In this document: piece by piece, positions 1-30,837 of the stretch
Layout: each line of letters starts with the position of its first letter
Numbering within the stretch: the stretch's first letter is position 1
NCBI GenBank assembly: GCA_965113315.1
Contig: OZ220369.1
Strand: one strand, 5' to 3'
DNA from: Podarcis vaucheri
Lineage: Eukaryota
Length of the DNA: 64,000 bases
Translations under genes and position numbers: made by a program
Notes under the pieces: model-generated
Databases searched by the model: none
What the model was told of the DNA's origin: nothing
The model's input: the letters and a program-made list of their open reading frames with translations, nothing else

Positions 1-1339
1 GTCTCTGCTGTTGTAAAACATCACTCTGCTCATCTCACATTCATTCTGGCTCTAATTGAATTGTCACTATGTGCACCTTTTGAATTTCATTTTCATTTGG
101 CACCACGAGCCTTTGCCCCCCCTTACAAACTAAGTGCTCACTTGCGCTCTCTCGCTCTCTCTCTCTTTCTTTATGTCTGCAACTGAGAATTATGCTTCAT
201 GGTTCTAATGAAGTGGACCCCGTAAAATCCATAATAAAATTTGCTGTTCATCTTCAAGGTGCCATAAAACCTTTTGGGAGTTTCCCCCTCCCAAAGGGCA
301 TGCTTACTATATTTGCAGTGGTTAGTAAGGATCCAGGTGAGGTTTGGGACTTGAGAGCTCCTGGAATTCTTTGAACTTTCATACCCTTCTCACGTCCTGC
401 AACTTCCATGGCATCATGAACATGGAAAGGGGGAAATGTTTGGGGGATTCAACCCTATTAAAATCTATTCAGTTGCTCACAGCTGCTACATCAGTCCCAA
501 AGGATCCATTTTCATCTGGTGTGTGGTAAAGAGTTCTGTGATACCCCAAAGCTTGCACAAGAGAAATATTTCCAATCCTGTGCATGCTTTTGTGCATGTG
601 CACATGTGTCCATGCACACCAGTGCTGTATAGAGCTTCCTTCCTTAGGGTGTCTCATTATCATAAAAGGTTGGGGTGTCAGGTGCAGTAATAACTAGGCT
701 AGCTCTGGGTGCTCTAATGTGCCTTGATTTGCAGCGGGGGGTTACCCTGCAAGGTTGGCCCAGCCCTGCAAGCCCAATTGACTCAAGATGGGGTGGTGGG
801 GAAAAGCCAAAGATGGTGGTGTAAATCAGTTCTGCGGGAATGTGATTTCCCCCCCATTGGGAAGTGGGCAGTGGGCTCTTCGAGAGAGTAAGGGAGCTTG
901 CTGGATGACAAAGGAGGCCTCCTGCCAACCTTGGGAGCAAGCAGGCCAAGCCCTCATGTGTTGCACAGCGATAGCATTCTTCCCACTAATTCTCTCTTCC
1001 CTTGCAATTTGCATGATGAATGAGGGCTGTTAAAGCTTTCTGGATTGCTCAACTGCAGGGATGCACACACACAGTCCTCAGCTGTCCCTTTTCCTGTGGG
1101 ATCAGACTTTACTGCAGTGATAAGCATAGTTGCTCACAGTGCACTCTTCAGTCCTCCTAGCTAGGTCCCAAGCAGATGTCATGCTATCAACAAAGAGAAT
1201 TTGATCAAGGTTGCCAACTGACCAGGAAAAGAATTGCCCCAGCTGCTCCTGTGCCACTAACGTTGGCTGGATCAGGTGAAGCTTTTATGGCATGGAGGTC
1301 AGCGCTGTCTCCTGTTACAATCTGCACAAGAGCACATGA

Positions 1340-1520
1340 AGCTACCTTTTACCAAGGAAGACGACTGGTCCATCTAACCCAGTATTGTCTACACTGATGT
1401 GCAGTGGCTTTCCAGGGTTTCAGGTAGAAATCTCTCCCAGCCCTACCTAGAGATACTGGGAATTGAACCTGGGACCTCCTGCGTGCAAGGCGTATGTTCT
1501 GCCATTGAGCTACAGTTCCT
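1340..1520 (-). mobile_element. tRNA-derived SINE (Squam3-type)
   Basis: Box A/B head on - strand plus conserved body gtgtagacaatactgggttagatggacca. Confidence 0.8.
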
Positions 1521-3494
1521 GCTCTTCAGATTAAGCTGTTTTTAAAGGCACAGGTGCCTTGGTAAAAAAAGTTGGCAACTGCTAAGCTGTGGGTCCCCAG
1601 CGCAAGGTCAGGGGAGACATCAGTGGCTGATAGAAAGGAGCAGCAGAAGAAGTGTTTTGGTCAAGGGCAGAAGAATGGAAGGTTGCCAACAAGCTGGGTT
1701 TGTTCGACAGTTCTTAAAAATTAGCAAAAATCAGCTGTTCTGCCTCCACTCAATTCCTGCTTGTAGCAGCCGTCAACCAACGTACTTGCCAACTTTTGAA
1801 AATTCAAAAGAAAGCAAATTAGCATGCAGTCCTAGACATGCCTGCTCAGATGTGTAAGCACCACTGAGTTCAATGAGACTTACTCCCAGGAAATTGTGTA
1901 TATAGGATTACAGCCTACACACATTTTCCCAGGAGAAATCTGTCATTTTTCTCGTTTCTCCTTTTTCCCCAATCCTAAATTCAGTTATCCACACTTACAC
2001 ATCAGTTTGCAATTCATTAATTTTTCTAAGTCACCCTGAAAATTCTGCAGCCATTGCTTTTGACTCTCAGGCATCCCTTGAAGACCCTTTTATGCCGAAG
2101 ACCCTTTTATGCCGACAGGCTCTTGTAGCAGTTTAACTATTACTTTTTATTCAGTCTCTTTGATAATTATCTGTATTTTTTTAAAATGTTGATTGCTGTT
2201 GTTAGCTTTATATCCCGCCTTCCATTCAAAGAGCTCAAGGCGGAAGAGTTGCTTCTCCTGCTCTCCATGTTATCCTCACAACAACCCTGTGAGGTTGGTT
2301 AGACTGAGAGACTGACTGGTCCAAGCTCACCCAGTAAGCATAATGGCAGGGATTTGAACCCTGGTCTCCCAGGTCCTAGTCCAATGTTCTAACCACTCAC
2401 CACACTAGCTCTCTTTATGCTTTAGTGTTGTACATTGCCCAGATATTTTATGATATGATATAGCGGTACAGAAATACGCCATAAATGCTGGAATGGTAAC
2501 TCCAGGATTGCATGGTCTGAGAGCGCCTTGAAAATGCCACTATTTCGCAGGAAGGGGGGGCGGTGGTTGTGATGTGCATACTGGAACTTAATGTTTGTGC
2601 CATTGAAGCGGATGAAAAGGCTCTGTTGCCCTGGTGCCACAAATCTGCTTTAAAAAAAACCTGACATCTGTGGTTTGGAAGAGCAACTGGGAAATGCATT
2701 GAAACACAGGGGATGAACAAAGAGCTAACGGCAAGACATAGAAGCACCAAACTAGGATGGATGCAGGCCAAGCTAGGATGAAGGCAGGACGAAGGCTCAT
2801 TGTCATAGAACTTCCCTGCAAACAAACAAGAATGAAAGCTCAGTAAAAAACAGCTATGTTCTCCCCCCCAAAAAAAACTTAAATTTTTATTGGTTTTCAT
2901 CAAACCAGCTATGTTCTAAGCTCCACTCAGGCTTTGTGCAAGCAAATCAGGATGAGTGCTCAATAAAGGAGGAGGTCATCAGGAAGAACCCTAAGGACCG
3001 CAGACCCACAGCAACACTGCAAGACATCCTGAGGTCAGGGCACCAGACAGCTGCCGTGAAGAATACAACAATCCAGCCCTCCTTGAATAATATAGATCTT
3101 AAGATTTGCATTAATACAGATCACAAGCCTCACGAAGCCTAATTGTGGGGTTAGGGTGTGTGTGTCTCTAAACAGCTCAATTTTACAGCAGCACGGCCTA
3201 CGTTATTATTTCTTTTTTAGTGTGTGTCATTATCCGTCATTTGTAAGTTCTGGGTCATGCGTCCCCTTCTTACCAGACTGACAAAGTTGCTGCATGAAAG
3301 CTCTGCTATGTTTTTTTTTTTTATGTCTGAGCTACCTAGCAGCTAAGGTTTAGCAGAATCACATTAATTTGTTCTGGTCTTGCATGGATCTCTGCTTCAG
3401 CCTCTCTTCGTTCTACAAGGCTTACTTTAAATAAGCTTAGTTTCAGAATAGTTTCCAGAGGGATGCCTAGCCCAAAACTGTGCCAAAAGTGGCA

Positions 3495-3941
3495 GGGGGG
3501 ACATAATTCAGTGGTAGAGCATTTGCTTTGCATGCAGATGATTCCCAGTTCAATTCCTGGCATCTCCAGGTAGGGCTGCAAAGGAAACCTGAAATCCTGG
3601 AGAGCTGCTTCCAGGTAGTGCAGGCTAGGGGTGAGGAACCTTTTTTAACCCAAGGGCTCCACTCAGTCCTGGGCAATCTTCCAAGGGCCACATGCCAGCA
3701 GAAGGTGGAGCCAGAGGCAAGCAAGATTAATGACCAGAGTTCAAGAGCACATTCCATCCAGGCAAAAAGCAAAAAAGGGCTGGTGGAGGTATAATTAGGG
3801 AGGGTGTATGACATGAGCCAAGTCCCAAGGGCCAGAGAGAGGGGTTGGAGAGCTGCATTTGGCTCCCTGACTCACGGGTAGGCAATACTGAGCTAGCTGG
3901 ACCACTGATCTGACTCAGAGTAAGGCAGCTTCCTATGTTCC
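3495..3941 (+). mobile_element. Squam3-type SINE interrupted by a hAT MITE (~3626-3875)
   Basis: Head agtggtagagcatttgctttgcatgcag; body resumes at 3876 and ends in ggcagcttcctatgttcc. Confidence 0.75.
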
Positions 3942-6900
3942 TCTGTCCCAGCATGGCAGAAGGCAATAAGCAGCCTGGGCAGCCCCAGCCTCAGCAGAGA
4001 AGTGGTGCGTTGCAGAACGAGAGAAGCCAAAGTGAGCCAAGCCACCAAGAACTGCAGGGGAGCCAAACCTAGAAAAGCCTCCTAAAAGCTAGATTTTTAT
4101 TTTTATTTTTTATTTCAGTTAACCCTTCTCAATCCCAAATATATGACAGGCCATGAACAAAATGTGGCCCACCCACCTGGTCATTCCTAAATAAATTTAA
4201 TTGGCAGCAAGCAACACCTCTCATGGCTCTTTCATTTAGTCTAGCAAGCTGAGCTCTGGAAAACGGGCTCTAATTGCCTACCACATTGTGAAAAATCCAC
4301 AGTGAAGCGGAAACGGAGCCGAACAAAGGCTGAATTAAGGGAGCCGCTTTCAGAGGGAGGGAAACCAGCCTGAAAGTTGTTTAGGAGGAGGAGGAGAGTT
4401 GTCCAGTCCTAACGTTCGCCATCCCCTTCTCTGGCAGAGGCCCAGTAAGCCAGACTTGGCCTCGATTCTGGGGAAGAGCTACTTTGAAATGTGACGATGA
4501 AGAGACAATTATAGCAGAGCCAGAGAGCATGTGATGCTTTTCATCTGAGATCGCAGCTTTGTGTTCTTTCGTATCAATAGATCCAAGGCAGCATATTCTG
4601 AAGCCTAATCCAGTAGATAATGAGCCAGCTATGCACACCCACTTCTTTGGGCAGTTGGATCCATATTGTTCGAAATGCACTGTCCATACCCTAATAAACG
4701 TGTCTGTCTTTGAGGTGCTACAGGAATCTTGGCTGGTTTCGCTGCAACAGGGCAGCACAGCTGCTGCCTCTCTGCAAAAGGTCTCGTGTCTTGTTTGAAA
4801 GCTTCCCAAGGGCATCAGGCTGGCCTCTGCCAGAGAACAAAGCTCTGGTCTAAGTGGATCTTTGGCCCAGCACAGCATGGAAAACGTCCTGAAGATCACC
4901 CTGCGAAAGGGACAGGTCTGAGCGGTGCTGAGCATAGTGAAAGTCTCCCTTCCTGGAACAAGCCCGCTTGGCTGTTGCTGAGGCTAATTTATTGTCTGAA
5001 GCAGGCAGTGCAAACCCACTGTTTGCACTTAGATGGCATGGCGAAAATCAATATTGAAATGGGCTCTTGTATTTTCAAGGGAGCCCAGCCGTCTTGGCCC
5101 ATATTAGCAGCCATGGAAAATCACTTTGGCCAGCATCCCGACGGCGCGCTTTGCCCTGACGTTGATAAAGTTACCATTTTGTGCTTTGTCGTTATTTAAA
5201 AATCATTACAGAAGTACAGCAATGTAGCAGTGATTTCTGCCTTCCTCTGGGAGCGTCCGATAGCTGCTCAGGCTTCCGTGGACAAAGGGTTATTGGCAGC
5301 TGACACCGGGGCCAACTCCACAGCTCGACACCTGTTGCTTGCTGTGCAACCAGGGCAGCCCTGAGGGTGGGAGAGGAAACAACCATTTACCTTTCCTGGT
5401 TGCTGGTTAGTGAAAGGCTGCCTCAGTTTGTGGGACTCAGACCCCAGGGGTCTTAGTAACCCACCCAGGGAGTCCGTGGCACATATCCCTCAACTTTCTT
5501 GAGACATCCTGTTTTGGGGGTCTGTGCTCTTGCATGAGAGCATGGCACCCAAAAGTGTGCAGGATCATGGCCAGATACACATCTCACATGAGATTGCAAT
5601 TCCCAAAAATGTGCGGTTTGAGGCAACATGCTCTTGTGTGGATCATGTGTAGCCTGGAAGACACACAACCCAGTTTTCTGCTGGGGCATGTTGGAGGGTA
5701 GGTTGGCACCATTCACATATCAAAAACTACCACAGAGACATCAACATTTTCAAAAGTAAGGAGTCCATGGCTTAGCTTTTGAAAGACAAGGGGTCTGCAG
5801 TACTTCACTCATTGGAAACCATTGGGATAGATCACCTATCTTTGTGCAACTGAAAATGGGCGGCTCATCACAGCATCTTTGCAAAGATCTCTTTGTTTCC
5901 AGGCTACATGCCAGGGCAATGCCTGCCCCACTGCAGATAAACACATGCTCCAGAATCCACTAAAGGCAGAACACAACAGGGATAATTTTCCAAAGTCTCA
6001 TTTCCAGCAACTTGCACAGCCTTCTTCAAGCTGGGGCCCTCCTGATGTTTTGGCCAGTTGGGGCTGGTGGGTATTGTAGTCCAAAACACCTGGGAGGACC
6101 CAAGGTTGAGGGAGGCTCAACCCGTTCAAGGGAACTCAACCTCAGCCTCATTTTTTGTTTCTCTCAAAGCCCCCTGCTGTTCAGTGCAACTGGACAAGCA
6201 GCTTTGAAGCGGCTGTCGCTTAGTGGGAAGAACTGAGCCAACCCATTAAACAGAAAATCCCAGCCAGCAGCTCCAGCTGGAGCATACATGATGGACAGGA
6301 CTTGGAAGCTGCTCTGTCCGCTCTGACATGTCCAGTTTGGCCACTGACTCTTGGCATTAAACCCTCAGAGGATGTCTTGAGGGATGGCGAGCGCTGCTCC
6401 AGGATGATCTTAGCCGCACATTTGGAGGAGATTAGAGCTGACAGTTATTGCATCAAATTAATAAATCCCTTCTCATTAGGGGGGAGGTTTTTGGTGAAGT
6501 TTCCTGAGATGAAGGAGCTTTAGGGGAATCGATTGCCACGGAGCGTGCATCCCTCCGGCTGGCTCATTGAAACTCAAATGAAATCAGGATTTGGGGAAGC
6601 AAATGGAAGGGCCCTCCCTGCTGCTGCGTAATCAATATGGAAAGCAGAGAGGCATTGTGCCAGGCTAATCTTGTTCCCTTCCCTGCCAGGGTGAGAAAGA
6701 AAGTTCCCACTTTCAGGTGGGAAAGCAAGCAAGAGCACTTTCTTCCCTCCCCCAAAGGAAAAGACTGCTGGTCTGAAAGGCTTCAATTCAGCTTGAGGAA
6801 TTGGTAACAAAAAAAGAAATCACTTTTGGACAAACAGCACCAGGAGCGTCTCCTGCACAAGCTCATTGAGCGGAGAGGGATCTGTTCCATAGGGCCCCAG

Positions 6901-8410
6901 CACACCTGCACTCCTCCCATCCACCTGCCTCCTTCTCCAAGGCATGGCCAACTCTGTCATCGGCTCCTGCCGCAACCAACTGACACCATCTCCACTGCCA
7001 CAGTGTGCCAGAACTGGAGAGCAGAGGCACTGAAAGTGGTGCCCGCAGAAGGAAAGCTGCAGATGGCTCGTGCAAGCCAGCCAAGCCATGTTCCTGGGGA
7101 ATGTCAATGCCAATCTGAACTGCTATGAATCAGTGTCACCCTGGCACCCTCACTGGCACCCCAAGGGATGCTGTCATGCAGTTGCTGGCGCCAGCCCTGA
7201 TGGAATAGTGGATTCTGATGCCATCATTGTGCTTGCGTGTGTTGGGGCAGGGGCAGTGAAGGGATAGCAAGTGAAAGAAAGCTCAGGCTGCCTGGGGTAG
7301 ATTCATAGAAAGACACCTGATACTGAGTCAGGCCTTTGGTTTATCTAGCTCAGTATTATCTGCTACACTGACTAGCAGCAGCTCTCTACAATTTCATGAA
7401 GGGGTCTCTCCCACCCCTATGTGGAGATGCTGGCGACTGAACCTGGGACAGCCACTGATCCACCACTGCCTAGGGGGAGTTGTTGTTTACAGTGCACTAC
7501 TCACATACTAGGAACAGAGGACCTGTGATCTACTCTAGACAAGAGAGAAAGGGGACAGCCCCTCACCAAGTAAGCAGAAGGGCTAGGGAAGGGCCCCCTT
7601 TTTATTTTGCATTCCTGATTATTTGTGCTTATAATGGTATTGGGGTGGTCTCACGAAGTTCTGCTTTCCATACTGTTTGCACCTGCAAAAGTTTTTGGAC
7701 TGCTTCATTTCCAGTCAGTGCATGTCCCATAACTTTCTGCTGAAATCCGGCAACTTTCCATACCCCAAATGTTCTGGCTTATTTTTTTTTTGCCTCGCTT
7801 TTTGCAGCACTTTCACTCCAGATGGCCATGATGTGGTGACATTGGGGAATTATTACAGGATAACTCATCATTCAGACAGATGTGTGGATGGTTCCAGTTT
7901 GTACCCACCACCAGCGAACTATGGTTGAATCAGTGTTGCAGTATAAGCTGCAAAAAAACCCAAGCACCAGTCTGGAGTGGCCCTCTTGATGCTGGTGGAG
8001 AGGCAGGGAAGTACCTTCAGCTTGAGGCTGCCAGCCACCCTGACAATTCCCCCCCCCAAAAAAAATAACCTGGCACCCTCACAAAGCCTCCCCACAAAAA
8101 CTGGGATCAGTGCCTGAGGAATGGCTCATTAGCATCTCATCTGCATTCACCACAGTAACGATTCCATTCCCCGAATGTTTAGGCAAAATTCTATTCCATT
8201 TCCATAAGAGCGTCACTTTCTATCCCTTAAGAAGGTAGGTAGGAGGAGGAGAGGAAGGGAGGGAGCTGTGATGCTATCCGGGTGCCGCAAATAACCAGCC
8301 TCAAATAACCAGCCCTCTGGAGCTGGAGATAAAGGGCAGGAGAAGGCACTCACTCTTCCCATCGCAAGCGCAGATCCTTTCCTTCATCAGAATAATTCCA
8401 CTGCTAATCC

Positions 8411-8412
<2 letters not shown>

Positions 8413-8444
<32 letters not shown>
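8413..8444. repeat. (GA)n microsatellite
   Basis: Direct reading. Confidence 0.95.
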
Positions 8445-8447
<3 letters not shown>

Positions 8448-9212
8448 ATATTGCTAATGTAGAGAATGCAGGGAACAGGGCCTGCAGATTTGCGGCATTT
8501 TCTCCGACATTTCATATTAATTATAAAAAAAATAATGGCTCCAGAATTCGTTTTATTCTTACTGGAAAAAAGGCCTTTTAATTTAGGCTATAAAAGTCCA
8601 CTGTCCATGTGTGTCTGTGTTTACAAAGCTGTTACTTCTGAAAAACTCTTGTTTTGGTGTTTTTGGTTTTTTTAATTACTCATTTCTATTTTTTATTTAT
8701 TCAACATACTCATATGAGCCATCATGTGAGCTTTATTTCACTTAAACCAAATGGTTGCATATAATTTAAAATTATAAAATAAAAAATACAAGGAAACTCA
8801 GTGTTAATATCTGCAGAAAGCAGCAAAGCAATAATATCCAGCAGAAATAACCAATTGGGGGAAAACAAAAACTGCATCAGTAACATGCTGAAAGTCCTGG
8901 ACAAGCATAAAAACTCTCTGCCTAGCACTGGAAAAACCTCAAATTTGTATGCGATGCAAGGCGGTACACCCCCCCCCGGAAGACTTTCCATACATGGGGT
9001 GCCACAACCACAACTGCCTCCCGATCCCCTGCCTAACTTCAGAAGACAGGGGGCTTAGAGGTAGGTCTTTGGAGAAAAAACGTGAAGCTCATCACTTAGC
9101 TGGTGAAGCCCTGAGTTTACTTTCAGTCACAGGAAGCTGCATTCTATTGAGTCAGGCTGATGGTCCATCTAGCTCAGTATTTGCTTGTCTTTAAGGTGCC
9201 ACAGGACCTTTA

Positions 9213-9569
9213 GGGATACGGGTGGTGCTATGGGTTAAACCACAGAGTCTAGGACTTGCCAATCAGAAGGTTGGCGGTTTGAATCCCCACAACGGGGTGA
9301 GCTCCCGTTGCTCGGTCCCTGCTCCTGCCAACCTAGCAGTTCGAAAGCACGTCAAAGTGCAAGTAGATAAATAGGTACCGCTCCAGCGGGAAGGTAAACG
9401 GCATTTCTGTGTGCTGCTCTGGTTCACCAGAAGCGGCTTAGTCATGCTGGCCACATGACCCGGAAGCTATACACCAGCTCCTTCGGCCAGTAGAATGAGA
9501 TGAGCGCCGCAACCCCAGAGTTGGTCATGACTGGACCTAATGGTCAGGGGTCCCTTTACCTTTACCTTT
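9213..9569 (+). mobile_element. Sauria SINE (full length)
   Basis: tRNA-derived head, conserved body (AGTAGATAAATAGGTACCGC...GGAAGGTAAACGGC), (ACCTTT)n tail; flanked by diverged direct repeats aaggtgccacaggacc/aaggtgccacaagact. Confidence 0.9.
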
Positions 9570-10913
9570 AAGGTGCCACAAGACTCTTAGCTGTTCTGAG
9601 TGGCAGCAGATTTCCACAGTTTCAGATGGAGTTTTCCTAGCCTCACCTCAGTTCTCATGATTTTGAATAAGAGCTGATTTCAATAGGAACATTGGAAGCT
9701 GCCTTCCAATCGTAACAAGTGGCAATCCACAGAAAAAAACTGATTGGCATTTGTTTCAGTTCAGCAGTAAAGTGCAGGTTTTCCCAGGTAAGCTGTCAGG
9801 ACAAATAATAATAATAAACACCATTTGGACACAGAGTTCTAAAGTCTGCACCTGTGCCTAGTAATGTGGCACAGAAGGAAGTCAGGATGAGTCCTGAGTC
9901 AGACCATTGGTCCATCTAACTCAGTATCGTCTTCATTGGCTAGCAGTGGCTCTCCAGAGTTTCAGACAGGGCAGTTTTTCTCTGCCCAAACTACAGATGC
10001 CAGGGGTTTAAACTGGGTGTATGTGCTGTACCACTGTGTGGCATCCCTTTCTGAACTCAAAAATAATGCATACATATCCCTGTCCATTTTGCATTCTGTT
10101 TTAATATGAACTAGGAGAACAAAAGCTTTGGTGAGCTGGACTCAGTGATATTTCACCAACAAGGCATAGGGGAAGGAGAAAGTGATCAGAGTTGGGTCTG
10201 TCTTCACCACAGACTCTGTGTTCTGGCTCAGGGACACCAAATGGTGACCCCAGCATGAAGTGTTTCAACCTCCCGGTACAGGCAGTTAATGGCACCAGTC
10301 TGCCTGCTTTGCCTGCTCAAGAAACTGGCATTACTCTGGGTGTAGTGACCCTGTCTCCTCTCCCCTTCTTTATAATGTCTACACTATGTTTAGGCTACAG
10401 TTCTGTGCACACTTAACTTGTCAGTCAGCTCTGCAAAGTACACCAGTGGGACTCACTTCTGAGTAAGCAACATGCCTAGGATTGCACTGTGAATTTGCAA
10501 AACAGCCTACAATCTTTGTTCTGTATTAACTCTCACAGCAACGCTGTGAGGTTTGCTGCTCTTGTTCTCAGAGACCACAAGTAGGTCAGTGGCAAAGGTG
10601 GTTGGACTTGGTTCTGATGTCCAGGGCTGGCTGGCCCAGGGCATTTTGCTGTCTCAGGCAAAATGGCACCTCCCCACTCCATGAAAAATTCTAACTGGCC
10701 TGGCAGCTGAATCTTATTTTGACACTGGTGATAGGATGGGGTCCTCTACTTTCACTGAGCACAGCAGACAGACTGCATGGTACATCCATCTGTGTTCAAT
10801 CCCTGCCCCTCAAGATATGCCACAAGAGGTAGTTGCCTTGCTCTGCCTAAGAATATGGCCAGCCCTGTGAGCGGCTCATTTCGAAGCTTTCTTTCCACTA
10901 ACCCTGAACTTGA

Positions 10914-28680
<17,767 letters not shown>

Positions 28681-29241
28681 CAAGGGCCCCCACCCCTTTG
28701 GGCCTCAGCCACATTGTCTGTCTTCCCTCCATCTGCCAGTTCCTTCCCCCAGTGAAGTAGGAGAGAGAGAGAGAGAGAGAAGGGAGCCCAAACCAGTGCC
28801 AGGGAGGATAGAAGGTTCCCGGGTCCTGCAACAAACTTCAGCCACCAAAAAGGGAGAGGAGAAGGTCAGCCTGTCACCACCACCACATCCCTCGCATGCC
28901 CTTCTCCCAGTGGCACAATAAGAGATCAGAGCTGGTCCCTTGGAAGCGAGTGAGTTCTAGGAGGACCCATCTCTCCCAAGGGGAAGAAAAGGGCCTCCAC
29001 TACCCCAGGCAGAACACACAGTGTGACAAATTCCCTTGTGAATGCGGTTTGGCCCAGGAGATACCTAAAGCACAACCAGAGAAAACCCACTTCTGTCTCA
29101 CCTATGGAAAAGGGGAGAGAGGGCGTTGGGTGGGCAACTGGCATTCCCCTTGTTGGCCATTTGGAGATGGGAGACTGAGGGCAGGGAAGGATGCAGAAAG
29201 CTTAGTGGGTGGGGGCGGAATGAGTAGCTTTGTCCCCATAT

Positions 29242-29245
<4 letters not shown>

Positions 29246-29280
<35 letters not shown>
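29246..29280. repeat. (CA)n microsatellite in probable CPNE7 3'UTR
   Basis: Direct reading. Confidence 0.95.
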
Positions 29281-29281
<1 letters not shown>

Positions 29282-30831
29282 ATTGCCCAAAGAAGGTAGT
29301 TCTGACCTTGTTTACTTCTGTTTCCCATCCACCCCTCACCCCCAGGGGGAATAAGCCTCCCTCTTCTTAGATGAAACTGTGGCAAGGGAGTCTGCAGCTC
29401 CCATTTGCTTCCATGGAGAGGCCTGGTGGAAGTGGATGAGCTAGTGAAGCAGAGAGGATAGTGGAAGGGGAGAGAGGGAACAGAGGAGAGGAAATGCCTC
29501 CCCCCTTTTGCTGCTGGAGTTGGTGCTACCTTTCCCCCTTGGTTGCTGGCGTGTGTTGCTGTAATAATGCCAGCTGCACCCCCCCCCCCCCGGTTTAAGA
29601 AAGATGAGAGGAGCCAAGGCAGAGTCCCTGCAAGAACTGTTTCAACACCTTGTCCATTGCCATGTCAACTGCAGAAAACCAACCCCAAACCATCCTTGAT
29701 TCTCTTGAGTGACCAGCTGGAGTCCCTCAACTTTCCCTTGATGCCCAGCACCATGGGGGGGCATTGACATTGGGGGTATGGCTCTCCCTCTGTATGGCAT
29801 GCAGGGCGTGGCCTCAGCTTGAGCCAGCCTTCCACAACCTCCAGATGTTTTGGAGTGCACCTCCCATCATTGTTGACCATTAGCCATGCTGGCTGGGACT
29901 AATGGGAATTGTAGTCCAAAATGTCTGGAGAAATACGTGGCTAAGGAAGACTGGCTTAATAGGGTCCCCAGATACATTGCTATTGCACTTATGTCCATTT
30001 CACCATCCCATCCTGTGCATGAAGTTCATTGGGTTCCTGTGGAGGCACCATGCCCAGCTCTGCCTACTCCTCCACATGGTACGTGGTTGTCTTTCACTAT
30101 GATGTTGTTGTTTGCCTAAGGTTTGCATGACAAATCTACTTGATGTACCAAAAGAGGCAGCCAAATAAAAGGATATGTTCTGTTCCCCCTTGTTCTCTGC
30201 ACTTTTTCTGATGTGGAAAGTTAAAATGTGCCCCAAAGTAAGGCTACTGAACAGTAGTGGTGTTGGGACCAATTCACAGGAGCTGAGAGGAGCAGCAGCT
30301 CAATAAGAGCGGCTGGATCAGGCTAATGCCCTGTCAAGTCCAGCATCCTGTTCTCAAAGTGGCCAAGCATGTGCCTGTGCGAAATCTGCAAGCAGAACCC
30401 AAGCGCAAGAGCATTCCCTTCCACCCATATGGTTTCCAACAACTGCCTCCAGCCAGGGAGGCAGAGCATAGCCCTCATGGCTACTAGATGGAGTTGTTCC
30501 TGGAGGCAGTGATTTTTGGGAGGGTGCCCACATAGTAGCCAGGTGTCACCCCAGAGGCGTCTTCCCACCATGCCTTGCAATGATGCAAATAATTGGTGGG
30601 GCAAACACCTTGGCTTATTCAGTACAGCATTTCCGTGACAGCAAAATACCATGGCATGTCTGGGCAGCTTAGTACAGTAATTGAATTTGCAACAGGAGGT
30701 GGCCAGTATGGACATATCTACACAGTGGGCATTTTAGCCTTGGCAAGCCTAAGAAATTGTGTTAAATGTTACAACTGGCTCCACTTTAAAGAAGCAACAG
30801 AAAAGGTCCAGTGACTGGAAATTCCCACTGA

Positions 30832-30837
30832 AATAAA
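30832..30837 (+). terminator. Candidate CPNE7 polyadenylation signal
   Basis: AATAAA followed ~20 nt later by a GU-rich (TG)n tract; an alternative AATAAA lies at 30164-30169. Confidence 0.45.

Noticed and set aside
3495-3570. tRNA-like sequences here and at ~24010, 24358, 24541, 27677, 57660
   Set aside because: Degenerate tRNA-derived SINE heads continuing into SINE bodies, not tRNA genes.
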